Of a stretch of 28,894 nucleotides of DNA, positions 7,389-15,653 are shown one piece after another; the first letter of the stretch is position 1, and the number at the start of each line of letters is the position of its first letter. The notes beneath the pieces were generated by a model. It made no database searches. It was not told where the DNA came from and saw nothing but the letters and a program-made list of their open reading frames with translations. A program made the position numbers and the translations under genes. This stretch comes from a virus (Duplodnaviria > Heunggongvirae > Uroviricota > Caudoviricetes). The stretch is taken from IMG/VR virus record IMGVR_UViG_2534682060_000015, positions 1 through 28,894 of that record; one strand, written 5' to 3'.

Positions 7389-9517
7389 AAAACGCGCCGA
7401 ATTTAAAATATCAGCCGAAGGATAAATTCACTGAGGCAATCATTTTTGCCGGGATGGATGCTTACGCTCACGCTCAACACTGGATTGAAAGCGAAGGACG
7501 GAAATATGGCGATAGCGTGCCGCCTGTTTACCTGGGGCCAAAGCAACTGGCAGATCTGGCTAATATCCGCATTGTCGACGATGAACGTCGTTTTGCGCGC
7601 GTCTATCTCGCGGGGGAGATCGAACCAATCCAGATTAATGCTATCGCTGAAAGGCTGGCGCTGGCTGGCGTAAAGGATGCGAAATTATACAAAGGTATCC
7701 CTGACCAGGATCCGGAGAACTGGCGCGACTACCTGCAACGGATCCGTGAACAGGCAGAGCGCGGGGAAACCCTGACTGAAGGAATCGGAATAGCTGGTGG
7801 CTCACCCGGTAAAACAGGCCCCATGAAACCGCATATTACCGAAAAAGACGGGGCGCTCTGGTATATCGAGCCAATCCCCAACACCAGGGCAGAGGAGATG
7901 AATTATAAAGAAACCTGGCTGAGTGACCGGATGCGCACGGCAGGTATTGGTAATGACGGAAGGGAGGCGTATCTGATTATTGAAATGATCCCGGAAGGGA
8001 CACAAAAAATTATTTACGAAGCGATGCCGCGCAATGAAATCGGTATGCCCGCAGGATGGGCGCGATTACGTGGGCGGGGAGTTGCAATCACTACCAGCGC
8101 CCATTTATTGAACAAACTGGCGGAATACCTGCAACGTCATGGAGATCGCACGGTGTGGGAGGTCACATCAACAGCAGGTTGGCATTGTGGAGCCTATGTT
8201 ATGCCTGATGGCGAGGTGATTGGTGTGCCTGATCGTCCCGTAGCATTCTGCGGCGGATCTGCCGCCATCAAAGGCTATATTGTCAGGGGCACGGTGCATG
8301 AATGGCGAAATAATGTTGCTTCTCTGATGCGTGGCAATCACTCAATGATGCTTGGGGTGCTGGTCGGGCTGGCAGCCCCGCTAAATTCCCTTGTGGGGGG
8401 TAGTTGTTTTGGTATTCATCTTTTCGCGCAGTCGTCAGCGGGGAAAACCACGACTGTGGAGGCCGCCACCAGCCTTTATGGCGACCCTGAAATGCTTAAA
8501 CTCTCGTGGGATGCCACCCGGCACGGGTTGACAGTGGAAGCAGCTGCACGTAATGACGGTTTTATCCCTATTGATGAAATTGGTCAGGGAGGAAGGGTTA
8601 ATGACATTGCGCAATCCGCCTACAGCCTGTTTAACGGTGTGGGCAGGATTCAGGGGCGCAAGGACGGCGGCAATCGTGCGGTAATGCGCTGGAAAATAGC
8701 GGCACTAAGCACCGGAGAAGAAGATTTTGAAACCTTCCTGTTAAAAGGGGGAATTGCCCCAAAGGCAGGGCAACTGGTGCGACTGCTAAGCATTCCCTTT
8801 ACCGATACAACGGTGTTTAACGGTTATGACGATGGTGATCAACATGCCAGGGCCATAAAGCGACTTTCATCAAATTATTGTGGCGCTGCGGGACGTGAGT
8901 GGGTGCGCTGGTTATCCGCTCACAAGGAGTTGGCTATCAACACCACTTCAGATAAAGAAAATGCCTGGCTGGGAAATCTGCCTGAAAATGCCTCGTCACA
9001 GGTAAGGCGAGTGGCATCGCGATTCGCCATGCTGGATGCAGCCGGAGAGCTTGCTACCGCAATTACTGGCTGGACAGCTGAAGAATGCCGGGAAGCAACG
9101 CAACGGGCTTTTGATGACTGGCTACAGGATTTCGGGCTGGAAAACCGGGAAAAATATCAGGTCATCAGTCGCGCCCGTGACTTTATTCAGCGCCATGCCC
9201 TGAGTCGTTTTCAGCCTTATACCTACGGGAAAAGCAATGGGGATATGGATAACCACTATGCATCCCGTATAAGCAATCTTGCAGGCTATCTTGTCAGCGG
9301 TAAGCGTGAGGATGGAAAACCCGAATATCACATTATCCCGTCAGTGTTTGATAGCGAAATTTTATGCGGTATATCCAGGAACTTTGGGTGTCAGGCGCTG
9401 GAAGAAGCCGGAATGCTGGTTTGTGCAGAACCTGGTCGCTGGACATCGAAAACAGTGAAGATTAACGGAACACAGCAGCGATTTATCGTGCTGATTGATC
9501 AGGCAGAAGACGAATAG
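7385..9517 (+). CDS. large replication protein, P-loop NTPase (primase/helicase-like, 710 aa)
   Basis: Walker A AQSSAGKTT and Walker B IPIDEIG in the central region; size and position (after regulators, before an iteron field) match the replication proteins of P4-like/PICI-type satellites. Could belong to the DUF927-type family, but that is not verified. Confidence 0.6.
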   Translation: MKNAPNLKYQPKDKFTEAIIFAGMDAYAHAQHWIESEGRKYGDSVPPVYLGPKQLADLANIRIVDDERRFARVYLAGEIEPIQINAIAERLALAGVKDAKLYKGIPDQDPENWRDYLQRIREQAERGETLTEGIGIAGGSPGKTGPMKPHITEKDGALWYIEPIPNTRAEEMNYKETWLSDRMRTAGIGNDGREAYLIIEMIPEGTQKIIYEAMPRNEIGMPAGWARLRGRGVAITTSAHLLNKLAEYLQRHGDRTVWEVTSTAGWHCGAYVMPDGEVIGVPDRPVAFCGGSAAIKGYIVRGTVHEWRNNVASLMRGNHSMMLGVLVGLAAPLNSLVGGSCFGIHLFAQSSAGKTTTVEAATSLYGDPEMLKLSWDATRHGLTVEAAARNDGFIPIDEIGQGGRVNDIAQSAYSLFNGVGRIQGRKDGGNRAVMRWKIAALSTGEEDFETFLLKGGIAPKAGQLVRLLSIPFTDTTVFNGYDDGDQHARAIKRLSSNYCGAAGREWVRWLSAHKELAINTTSDKENAWLGNLPENASSQVRRVASRFAMLDAAGELATAITGWTAEECREATQRAFDDWLQDFGLENREKYQVISRARDFIQRHALSRFQPYTYGKSNGDMDNHYASRISNLAGYLVSGKREDGKPEYHIIPSVFDSEILCGISRNFGCQALEEAGMLVCAEPGRWTSKTVKINGTQQRFIVLIDQAEDE

Positions 9518-9549
9518 CACAACCTACGCTCGCAGAGGGTCAAAAATCG

Positions 9550-9822
9550 CGGGATATGCGGGATATCGGGATATGAAAAATATATTGCAGAAATATCAGT
9601 TATTTATGTGTTGTTGTCGTATCCCGCTGTATCCCGCCGTATCCCGGTATTTAGGTTTACGAGTGGTTGTAAAACAAACAAAATAACCGTATCCCGGAAT
9701 GTATCCCGCAATATCTTATTGATGCATAAGCAAAAAAAAACTTACCGGGATATGGCGGGATATGAAAAATCACATAACACCATGAAATAAATAAGTTTTT
9801 TTGTTCATATCCCGATATCCCG
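9550..9822. repeat. iteron field: at least 13 copies of GGGATAT / ATATCCC in both orientations, putative origin of replication
   Basis: Direct GGGATAT repeats at 9551..9575 and 9747..9763; inverted ATCCCG copies at 9621, 9631, 9641 (exact 10-bp spacing), 9691, 9703, 9809, 9817; the 13-mer GGGATATGAAAAA occurs twice; interspersed A/T runs. Confidence 0.6.
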
Positions 9823-9974
9823 GTAAAAAATGTTTTTTTACGCCTTATAGAGTACAGAAAAAAGATTGTTCAAATTTTGTATTACGATTGACTACTGTCA
9901 GCCATCCCACCCGGAAAAGGCATAAAAGCTGACAGGTAACTGACAATGAGACAGTTTTATTTTTACGTGCCGAT

Positions 9975-10532
9975 ATGACGGCAACAATGATGGGGCAGAG
10001 CATGACAAAACTGACCATTAACAGAAAACCGAAAGGTATTTACGGCACGCCGCAGAAAACGACGCAGGCGGCACAGAAGCAGGATAAAACCACATCGGCA
10101 CATAAAGTGATGCCCGGTAACCAGAAAGCGCAGCAGAAGCCCACAGGGGCGACACCGTGGCGGCATATGACCAAACGCCAGCGCAAAAACCGCAGGCGCG
10201 TTAACCGCCTCACTGAGTTGTGGCCTGACTTATTCTGCAGGGAAGCACCGAAGCCACTTAAGGTGGGGATATTCAATGACCTGGTGCAGGATATCGCCGT
10301 CAGGGAGCTGGCATTCGGTCCAGGGGCATTACGTGCGTCACTGGCATCTTATGCGCAGTCACCGCGCTATTACCGAGCCCTGGTTGCTGGTGGGGTGCGC
10401 TATGACCTGAAAGGCCAGCCGTGCGGCGAGGTGACACCACAGAAACAGAACGAGGCAGAAATGCGGCTGATGGCGCTGAATGAGAAGCGCAAACGTCAGC
10501 GCCGGGCAGCAAAGGAGAAAACAGGCGCATGA
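9975..10532 (+). CDS. ProQ/FinO-domain RNA-binding protein with basic N-terminal extension
   Basis: LTELWPDLFCREAPKPLKVGIFNDLVQDIAV...LRASLASYAQSPRYYRALVAGGVRYDLKGQPCGEVTPQ aligns by eye with the E. coli ProQ N-terminal domain (FLAERFPHCF...RPLKIGIFQDLV...[35 protein letters not shown]). Start codon uncertain (ATGs at 9975, 9987, 10002). Confidence 0.7.
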   Translation: MTATMMGQSMTKLTINRKPKGIYGTPQKTTQAAQKQDKTTSAHKVMPGNQKAQQKPTGATPWRHMTKRQRKNRRRVNRLTELWPDLFCREAPKPLKVGIFNDLVQDIAVRELAFGPGALRASLASYAQSPRYYRALVAGGVRYDLKGQPCGEVTPQKQNEAEMRLMALNEKRKRQRRAAKEKTGA

Positions 10533-10816
10533 TTCACGACAGCAAAGCGGAAGCACTGGAAGCGCGTGGTCTGGACCGGAGAGCGGCGGAAAGATGGGCA
10601 GAAGTCATAATGCGAGTGGATGGTGATAAGGCTCGGGAGGAGGCGGCAAAACGTCGCGCGGAATGTATCCGCAAGGCAGCCCGCCCACCAGCAAAGCTGG
10701 ATAATTTCGAAGAGATGCGCGAAACCATCAGCCAGGCACATGCTGGTATGGGATTACATCAGCCCAATGGTAAGGCATTCAGGAAATACCCCGGGGCAAA
10801 AAATTACAATCCATGA
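10529..10816 (+). CDS. hypothetical protein (95 aa), start overlapping the FinO-like stop
   Basis: ATGA overlap at 10529..10532; charged, Ala/Arg-rich; no family recognised. Confidence 0.4.
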   Translation: MIHDSKAEALEARGLDRRAAERWAEVIMRVDGDKAREEAAKRRAECIRKAARPPAKLDNFEEMRETISQAHAGMGLHQPNGKAFRKYPGAKNYNP

Positions 10817-10820
10817 GAGA

Positions 10821-10846
10821 GGCCGGGATTTTACCCGGCTTTTTTG
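10821..10846 (+). terminator. rho-independent terminator
   Basis: GCCGGG (10822..10827), loop ATTTTA, CCCGGC (10834..10839), followed by TTTTTTGT. Confidence 0.7.
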
Positions 10847-11017
10847 TGTCAGCAAAAAAGCCCACAGACAGCAGTGTTGCGGGGGGTGTTTTCAGGTGGT
10901 TGAAGTCATTGGGAAGAACGTGAACATTACGCGCAAATGTTTCACAAATTGCAATAAAATGGATTGTTATTTCAGTTTATGCAATCATGAGCATTGCTTT
11001 GATCAGGAGAGATGATT

Positions 11018-11185
11018 ATGAGAAAAGCCAGCGTAAAACCCGTTTTACTCGCTCGTGAGCAGATTGAAGCATTACAGCGCATCCAGGACGAAGAGCGTCA
11101 AAAATCTGTGCTTGGTGTGGCCCCGTCGATTCATGTTATTGCCAGGCAACTGATGGACAAGGCACTTAAAGAGGTGAAACTGTGA
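11018..11185 (+). CDS. small hypothetical protein (55 aa)
   Basis: Hand-found ORF MRKASVKPVLLAREQIEALQRIQDEERQKSVLGVAPSIHVIARQLMDKALKEVKL with AGGAGA at 11005..11010; stop overlaps the GTG start of the next ORF. Confidence 0.45.
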   Translation: MRKASVKPVLLAREQIEALQRIQDEERQKSVLGVAPSIHVIARQLMDKALKEVKL

Positions 11186-11454
11186 AATTAAATATCAGAG
11201 TGGATAAACGCCAGCTATGGCAGAAAAAAGAGAACAGTGAGGCATTCAGGGATTTGCTGGTGGAAAATCTTCAGCACCGTTTCAGTGGAGAGCTGCCAGA
11301 CGCGCTGGGGAAAAAACTGGAATCTCTGACGGTGGAAATTGGCGATTATGGTTTTGTTGATGTTGAAAGCACGACTGCCAACACAGAAATCGTAAAACAG
11401 GTCGTCAACGATGTAATGAAAACCACGCTTAGCCAGCCATCCTGGCGTAACTGA
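11182..11454 (+). CDS. hypothetical protein (90 aa)
   Basis: Track ORF, translationally coupled to the upstream small ORF. Confidence 0.45.
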   Translation: MKLNIRVDKRQLWQKKENSEAFRDLLVENLQHRFSGELPDALGKKLESLTVEIGDYGFVDVESTTANTEIVKQVVNDVMKTTLSQPSWRN

Positions 11455-11553
11455 ATCCGCAAGGGGCGGTGATTGCCCCTCTCCGCCATACCCACAACGA
11501 ATTCCTTTTTCGCATGAAGTGAATGTTTATCGTATATGCATGAGGTGAGCCAC

Positions 11554-12078
11554 ATGTTGATGAGTAAAGCCGAATACGCCAAATACAAAGGTGTAAGCCG
11601 CCAGACAGTTTACGACTGGATCGAGAAAGGCGAGGTGGTCATGTCGGGTAAAAAAATTGATATGGAGGCTACAGAGTGGCGAAACAGCCCATCATCACAG
11701 GGAAAAGACACTGTTTCTGAAATGTGGCCTGAGAGAACGCTGGAAATGACGTGGGGCGAGTTCTGGAAAGCTGTCAGGGACAGAGACGGTAAAATTCCTG
11801 CGCCAGTAACGGACGATGACATAAAGCAGCGTGTGCAGGATGCAGCCGGGGAATTAGGCTGGGAAGCACACTTTCTTGATGATGGTGCTATCTGCCTTGA
11901 GGATGATGAAGGACAGCATTACTTTGAACAATACAATTTGCGGGGTAATGCCAGGCTGGCAATTCGTATGCTGCGCTGTGAACTCTGCTATGTTGCAGGT
12001 GATTATCCTGATGAACTTGAATCATGGAGCGAGGCAGGACTAAACGCCCTGGCTGAATGGGAGAAAACAGGTCATTAA
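11554..12078 (+). CDS. HTH DNA-binding protein, Nu1/TerS-like N-terminus (candidate packaging-redirection or site-recognition protein)
   Basis: SKAEYAKYKGVSRQTVYDWIEKGEVV resembles the winged-HTH N-terminus of lambda-type small terminase Nu1 (from memory); ATG 11554 with GAGGTGA at 11542..11548; track ORF begins at 11536. Confidence 0.45.
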   Translation: MLMSKAEYAKYKGVSRQTVYDWIEKGEVVMSGKKIDMEATEWRNSPSSQGKDTVSEMWPERTLEMTWGEFWKAVRDRDGKIPAPVTDDDIKQRVQDAAGELGWEAHFLDDGAICLEDDEGQHYFEQYNLRGNARLAIRMLRCELCYVAGDYPDELESWSEAGLNALAEWEKTGH

Positions 12079-12086
12079 CGGCCGCA

Positions 12087-12414
12087 AAAAGTGTCAAGTT
12101 GAGCAGCTTGCAAGGTTGACACTTTACACTCTGAACACGAAAAAGTGTCAACCTCGCTGTAAGCCCCGCCATTACTGGTCTTGCGCCATGTTTGCCACAT
12201 CAAAAGGCCGAAAAAATCGCGAAAAGTGTCAAGTTGCCATGCTTAGAAATGCTAAGTTTTGTTAAGGTTTTTCGCGGAAAAGTGTCAACTCAACCTAACG
12301 GATCTTAACGCTCACGCACAACAGCTGCAGCCAACGTGTAAAGGACTGATGCGAAGCAGGGCAGCTGTCAGCCTGTTATGGTTTGTTATGCCTTACCTGG
12401 GGAAAGTGTCAACC
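12087..12414. repeat. array of six copies of (C)GC(G)AAAAGTGTCAA(G/C) immediately downstream of the HTH gene
   Basis: Copies at 12087..12098 (+), 12116..12124 (inverted), 12141..12153, 12222..12233, 12277..12289 and 12402..12414; the extended 16-mer is conserved in three copies. Confidence 0.6.
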
Positions 12415-12621
12415 GCTACCGTTTCAGAAAGCTTCAATTGCAGAGCGTTGGCAGCACCTGTCAAAACTTGTCACCCGCCGGCACAGCCAGCGGGAATTTT
12501 TTGCTCTAAACGCTCTAAGTTACAGTTGATGTGATCTGTAAACTGCGGTTGCAACTAGTAATCGTATAAAACCATCAGTTGCAGTTTTACCTAACTATAA
12601 TCACAATGATAGTTTATATAA

Positions 12622-14121
12622 TTATACATTGTATGCGAGGTAATCATATAATGCTAAAAGTTTCCGATAATCAGTATGAGATTTGTCCTTAAACTCCCGG
12701 ACATGTTTTTCTAAATCTTCTAAGGGTATATGTTCATCATGAGCATTGAAGAAAATAATATTTTGTAATTTGCTATAACTATCAGAATGTTTAGCGTAAA
12801 TATCTTCAATGGTATGTTCTACTATTCTTTGATTCTTGGGTAACCTTGAATAGTTTAGATTTATTAATCTTTTTTGATTTTTCATTAATGATGTTAAGCA
12901 TTTAACACCTGGGCTGAATTTATGAAAAGCATAAGCTGGGAAATATGATCTTTTATTGATGGTGAACTTGTCAAGCAACTCGACAACATGTGATTCCTTA
13001 TTTGAAATTAGATCAAAATAGTTTTCCATCATCTCCTGAGGTGTTTGCATGTATATTTTTATAGAGTTAACAGAACCGACGGCTAGAACAAGCTCATCAT
13101 TTCTGAGTGTCTCCAAATCCCCAACAAGTTTTACTTTTATGTCTCCACCTTCCTTTATTTTACCAAAGATACTCTCTACTCTGCGTATATCCATTACCGA
13201 AACTGGTAAGTGGAGTTGAGCAAGTTCTTTATATATATCTGAGAAGTTATCTGTAACGATTTTATTAATGCTAATTAACCCTGCATCTTCTACTTCGAGA
13301 TCGTGAGAGACAATGTTTAAATTATCAATACCTTCTTCTCTTTCAATAAGAAGGAAGTTGTTTTTTATTTTTTCTGCAATTTTAGAACGAGGTGGTATGT
13401 ATGAGAATATTGTTTTTAATACTTTTTTTATATTCGGATCACCTATTCTATATCCCATAAATATAATCGGATTATGTATAAACAAGGATAGGAGTTGAGC
13501 ACGAATTAATTCATATTTTTTATCAAAATGAATATAGTCATCACTGGTTATTATTATGGATTCTGGTTTGCTAACGCATCCGTGAATTTTATAAACAGAA
13601 CCATAAGGATTGCTTAAAAGTATATCATTTCCAATAACAGGATTATAACCAATTGCACTTTCGATAAAATTATCATAGTTTGTCGTAATCACAGAGGCAA
13701 TGTTTTTTGAGGCCTTTACTAATTCAGATATTTCATCTTGAACTCCTAATTTTAAATCTGTGATATTAACCACCTGTGAAAGATAGATTTTAAATCTGCT
13801 GATATTTGAGGATATATCTTCCGACTCGTAGTATAAGTCATTGATATATTTGAACTTTCCATTCCTGTCTGCTTTTAGTGTTGCATCAAAAATTTGCTCT
13901 AATTGCGTTGCTACTTTTGGAAGGTCTACAATACCATCTTTATTGCTGTTTTCTCTGACAAGATCTTTATAGAGTTCATTAGAATTTGTCAGGTCAATAC
14001 TAATTTTCTCTAAGAGTGCCGGCCAGCTATAAGAAATTGATAAGTATCTCATGCTGAAACCTGCTCCAACAAATAATATTGGGTGGTTTCTGTAGCCTTT
14101 TAGAAAATCCGTTATATTCAT
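12622..14121 (-). CDS. SIR2-domain protein (499 aa): N-terminal SIR2-like NAD+ hydrolase domain plus unassigned ~300-aa C-terminal domain; candidate defence effector
   Basis: Rossmann motif PILFVGAGFS (aa 14-23), TTNYDNF (aa 146-152) and YKIHG (aa 178-181), the residue pattern of defence-associated SIR2 domains (ThsA/DSR-type Asn and His); GGAGG four nt upstream of the ATG (rc of 14122..14130); strongly AT-rich. Confidence 0.7.
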   Translation of the reverse strand: MNITDFLKGYRNHPILFVGAGFSMRYLSISYSWPALLEKISIDLTNSNELYKDLVRENSNKDGIVDLPKVATQLEQIFDATLKADRNGKFKYINDLYYESEDISSNISRFKIYLSQVVNITDLKLGVQDEISELVKASKNIASVITTNYDNFIESAIGYNPVIGNDILLSNPYGSVYKIHGCVSKPESIIITSDDYIHFDKKYELIRAQLLSLFIHNPIIFMGYRIGDPNIKKVLKTIFSYIPPRSKIAEKIKNNFLLIEREEGIDNLNIVSHDLEVEDAGLISINKIVTDNFSDIYKELAQLHLPVSVMDIRRVESIFGKIKEGGDIKVKLVGDLETLRNDELVLAVGSVNSIKIYMQTPQEMMENYFDLISNKESHVVELLDKFTINKRSYFPAYAFHKFSPGVKCLTSLMKNQKRLINLNYSRLPKNQRIVEHTIEDIYAKHSDSYSKLQNIIFFNAHDEHIPLEDLEKHVREFKDKSHTDYRKLLALYDYLAYNV

Positions 14122-14212
14122 TTGACCTCCGAGATATATTAGCGGTAATCATTAAAATTTGTAAGAACACAGCTCAAGTATGTATTTAGCTGTAGAGATA
14201 AGAATTTACTTG

Positions 14213-15340
14213 TTATTGACCATTTGGATAGTAAATTTTCATAAGCCTCTCTTTTTCTTTGTTGAATTCTTTATCAAAATCAAATTTTTTGTCTAAATTA
14301 GAATGTAAGTCATTTAACGCTTTAACAAGAACCCAAGCGCTGTGGTGGATGAATGGGTTTAATCCAATAATGTTTCCTGCAGAATTATCGTCAACTTTCT
14401 CAACTGCTAAAATCGCTTGGATTTTTTTACAGCTTTCCTGAATATTCCAATCTGAAACATGTAGTAATAATGCAGATAAAGCCATGAGTGGGTTGTTTGC
14501 TTTAATAGATGTAGGGGTGTAACTAATAATCATACGGAGTCGAGGGTGGTAGTCTCGAATCAGTCTCGCCATTCGAGTAGCTATCTCATATTTTTCGTTG
14601 AGAATTGATCTGTCAAATGTTGACGTCCCAGAGTCTTTAATTAATATAGTTCTTGCTTTTTTGACTACTGATTTAAGTCTTACATTCCAAAGCTCAGGAT
14701 TCTCATGACGGTCTAGATAGAATTGAGGATGCTTGAAATAAAGAGATTGATATACTTCCTCGTTGATATCGAACCAACTTTTGTTTATGGCGCTGAGATC
14801 GACAACATAATTATCATTGTTTCTCTTATATCTAATCAATGAGGCCTTTGCAAGGTAGATTATGTGAGGGCTTAAATTAAATGTAAAAGTGCCTTTTTCT
14901 CTTAAATCTAAGAACCATTGGCGCATGTTACGTATATCTTCTTGCGTAAAAATCTTCTCCTGAATTCCCGCACAGACCATAAGACCTATTAAGCGTGTCG
15001 CTTCAGAACCCGAGCGCATAAAATCAATTTGGCCTTCATTTGAAACAACGTTCAACTTATCATCGCCAGTATAAAAATCACAAAATGGGAGGTGAGAGTC
15101 TTTACCTAGATTGTCTCGAAATGCAAAGTGTGCTTGCTTTACAACTTTGCCGTTACTGAGAGATCTTCCTTCCGAAACGTAATAACCACCAGAAACATTG
15201 CATGCCGGGCATTCAACATCCTCTTTAACAAAATCTCTAAAACTTAGAGAAGGATCTGAGTTGCTACGTTCGAAAAGGTTTTCCAACTGCTTAGCATCCA
15301 GCTCACGCTTAAATTTTCTAGAATAGGCCGTTATCGTCAT
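14213..15340 (-). CDS. hypothetical protein (375 aa from ATG 15340; track ORF extends to TTG 15406), upstream partner of the SIR2 gene
   Basis: ATG at 15340 has AAGGAG 6 nt upstream (rc of 15347..15352); no Walker A, TIR or other motif recognised by eye; contains CPAC and PFCDFY cysteine motifs; ~90-bp gap to the SIR2 gene, same strand. Confidence 0.6.
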   Translation of the reverse strand: MTITAYSRKFKRELDAKQLENLFERSNSDPSLSFRDFVKEDVECPACNVSGGYYVSEGRSLSNGKVVKQAHFAFRDNLGKDSHLPFCDFYTGDDKLNVVSNEGQIDFMRSGSEATRLIGLMVCAGIQEKIFTQEDIRNMRQWFLDLREKGTFTFNLSPHIIYLAKASLIRYKRNNDNYVVDLSAINKSWFDINEEVYQSLYFKHPQFYLDRHENPELWNVRLKSVVKKARTILIKDSGTSTFDRSILNEKYEIATRMARLIRDYHPRLRMIISYTPTSIKANNPLMALSALLLHVSDWNIQESCKKIQAILAVEKVDDNSAGNIIGLNPFIHHSAWVLVKALNDLHSNLDKKFDFDKEFNKEKERLMKIYYPNGQ

Positions 15341-15365
15341 TTCGGTCTCCTTTCGAAGGGAGCTT

Positions 15366-15393
15366 AACTTTATCATAGGATGATCATAAAGGG
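15366..15393 (-). promoter_or_regulatory. imperfect palindrome CTTTATCATAGGATGATCATAAAG just upstream of the cassette RBS
   Basis: Arms CTTTATCA / TCATAAAG with one mismatch; holds two TATGAT hexamers on the minus strand; 14 nt upstream of the AAGGAG RBS. Confidence 0.35.
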
Positions 15394-15635
15394 AGCTGTA
15401 CGGCAAACATCACTAAGGTTGGGCCTGAAACACAAATTCCCTAAGTGCAATTTTGACGTCTAACTTACTTGATGTGCTTCAAGGCGGTTCTTACATTGTG
15501 GTATCAACAACAATAGAATGTTTTTTAAACAATTTAGATAGCAACAAGCAAGTCTGGGGGTACTTTTGGGGGTATCTAATGATTGCGTAATAGTTTTTTT
15601 ATATACATATCAATGTGTTGATTTCTACAATTTGT

Positions 15636-15653
15636 TCCTATTATCGGCACCAT
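15636..15653. repeat. attR core: second copy of TCCTATTATCGGCACCAT
   Basis: Exact 18-bp copy of tRNA-Thr 3' end (1428..1445); the 21-bp motif GGGGGTACTT(A/T)TGGGGGTAT lies inside the island near both cores (1560..1580 and 15556..15576). Confidence 0.75.

Noticed and set aside
9550-9822. CRISPR array interpretation of the GGGATAT repeat field
   Set aside because: Repeat units are only 7-9 bp, occur in both orientations with irregular spacing, and there are no unique spacers of regular length or cas genes; consistent with iterons, not CRISPR.
10620-11015. 131-aa + strand ORF overlapping the end of 10529..10816 and the terminator
   Set aside because: It runs through a clear rho-independent terminator (10821..10846) and intergenic DNA, has an odd Cys-rich composition and no RBS; likely spurious.
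12622-15406. Calling the cassette a canonical Thoeris, SIR2-HerA or SIR2-APAZ/short-pAgo system
   Set aside because: The partner lacks a Walker A motif (against HerA), shows no recognisable TIR motifs and is about twice ThsB length, and at ~375 aa is shorter than typical short pAgo proteins; gene order also differs from the common thsA-thsB order. A remote relationship cannot be excluded without profile searches, so it is reported as an unassigned SIR2 system.
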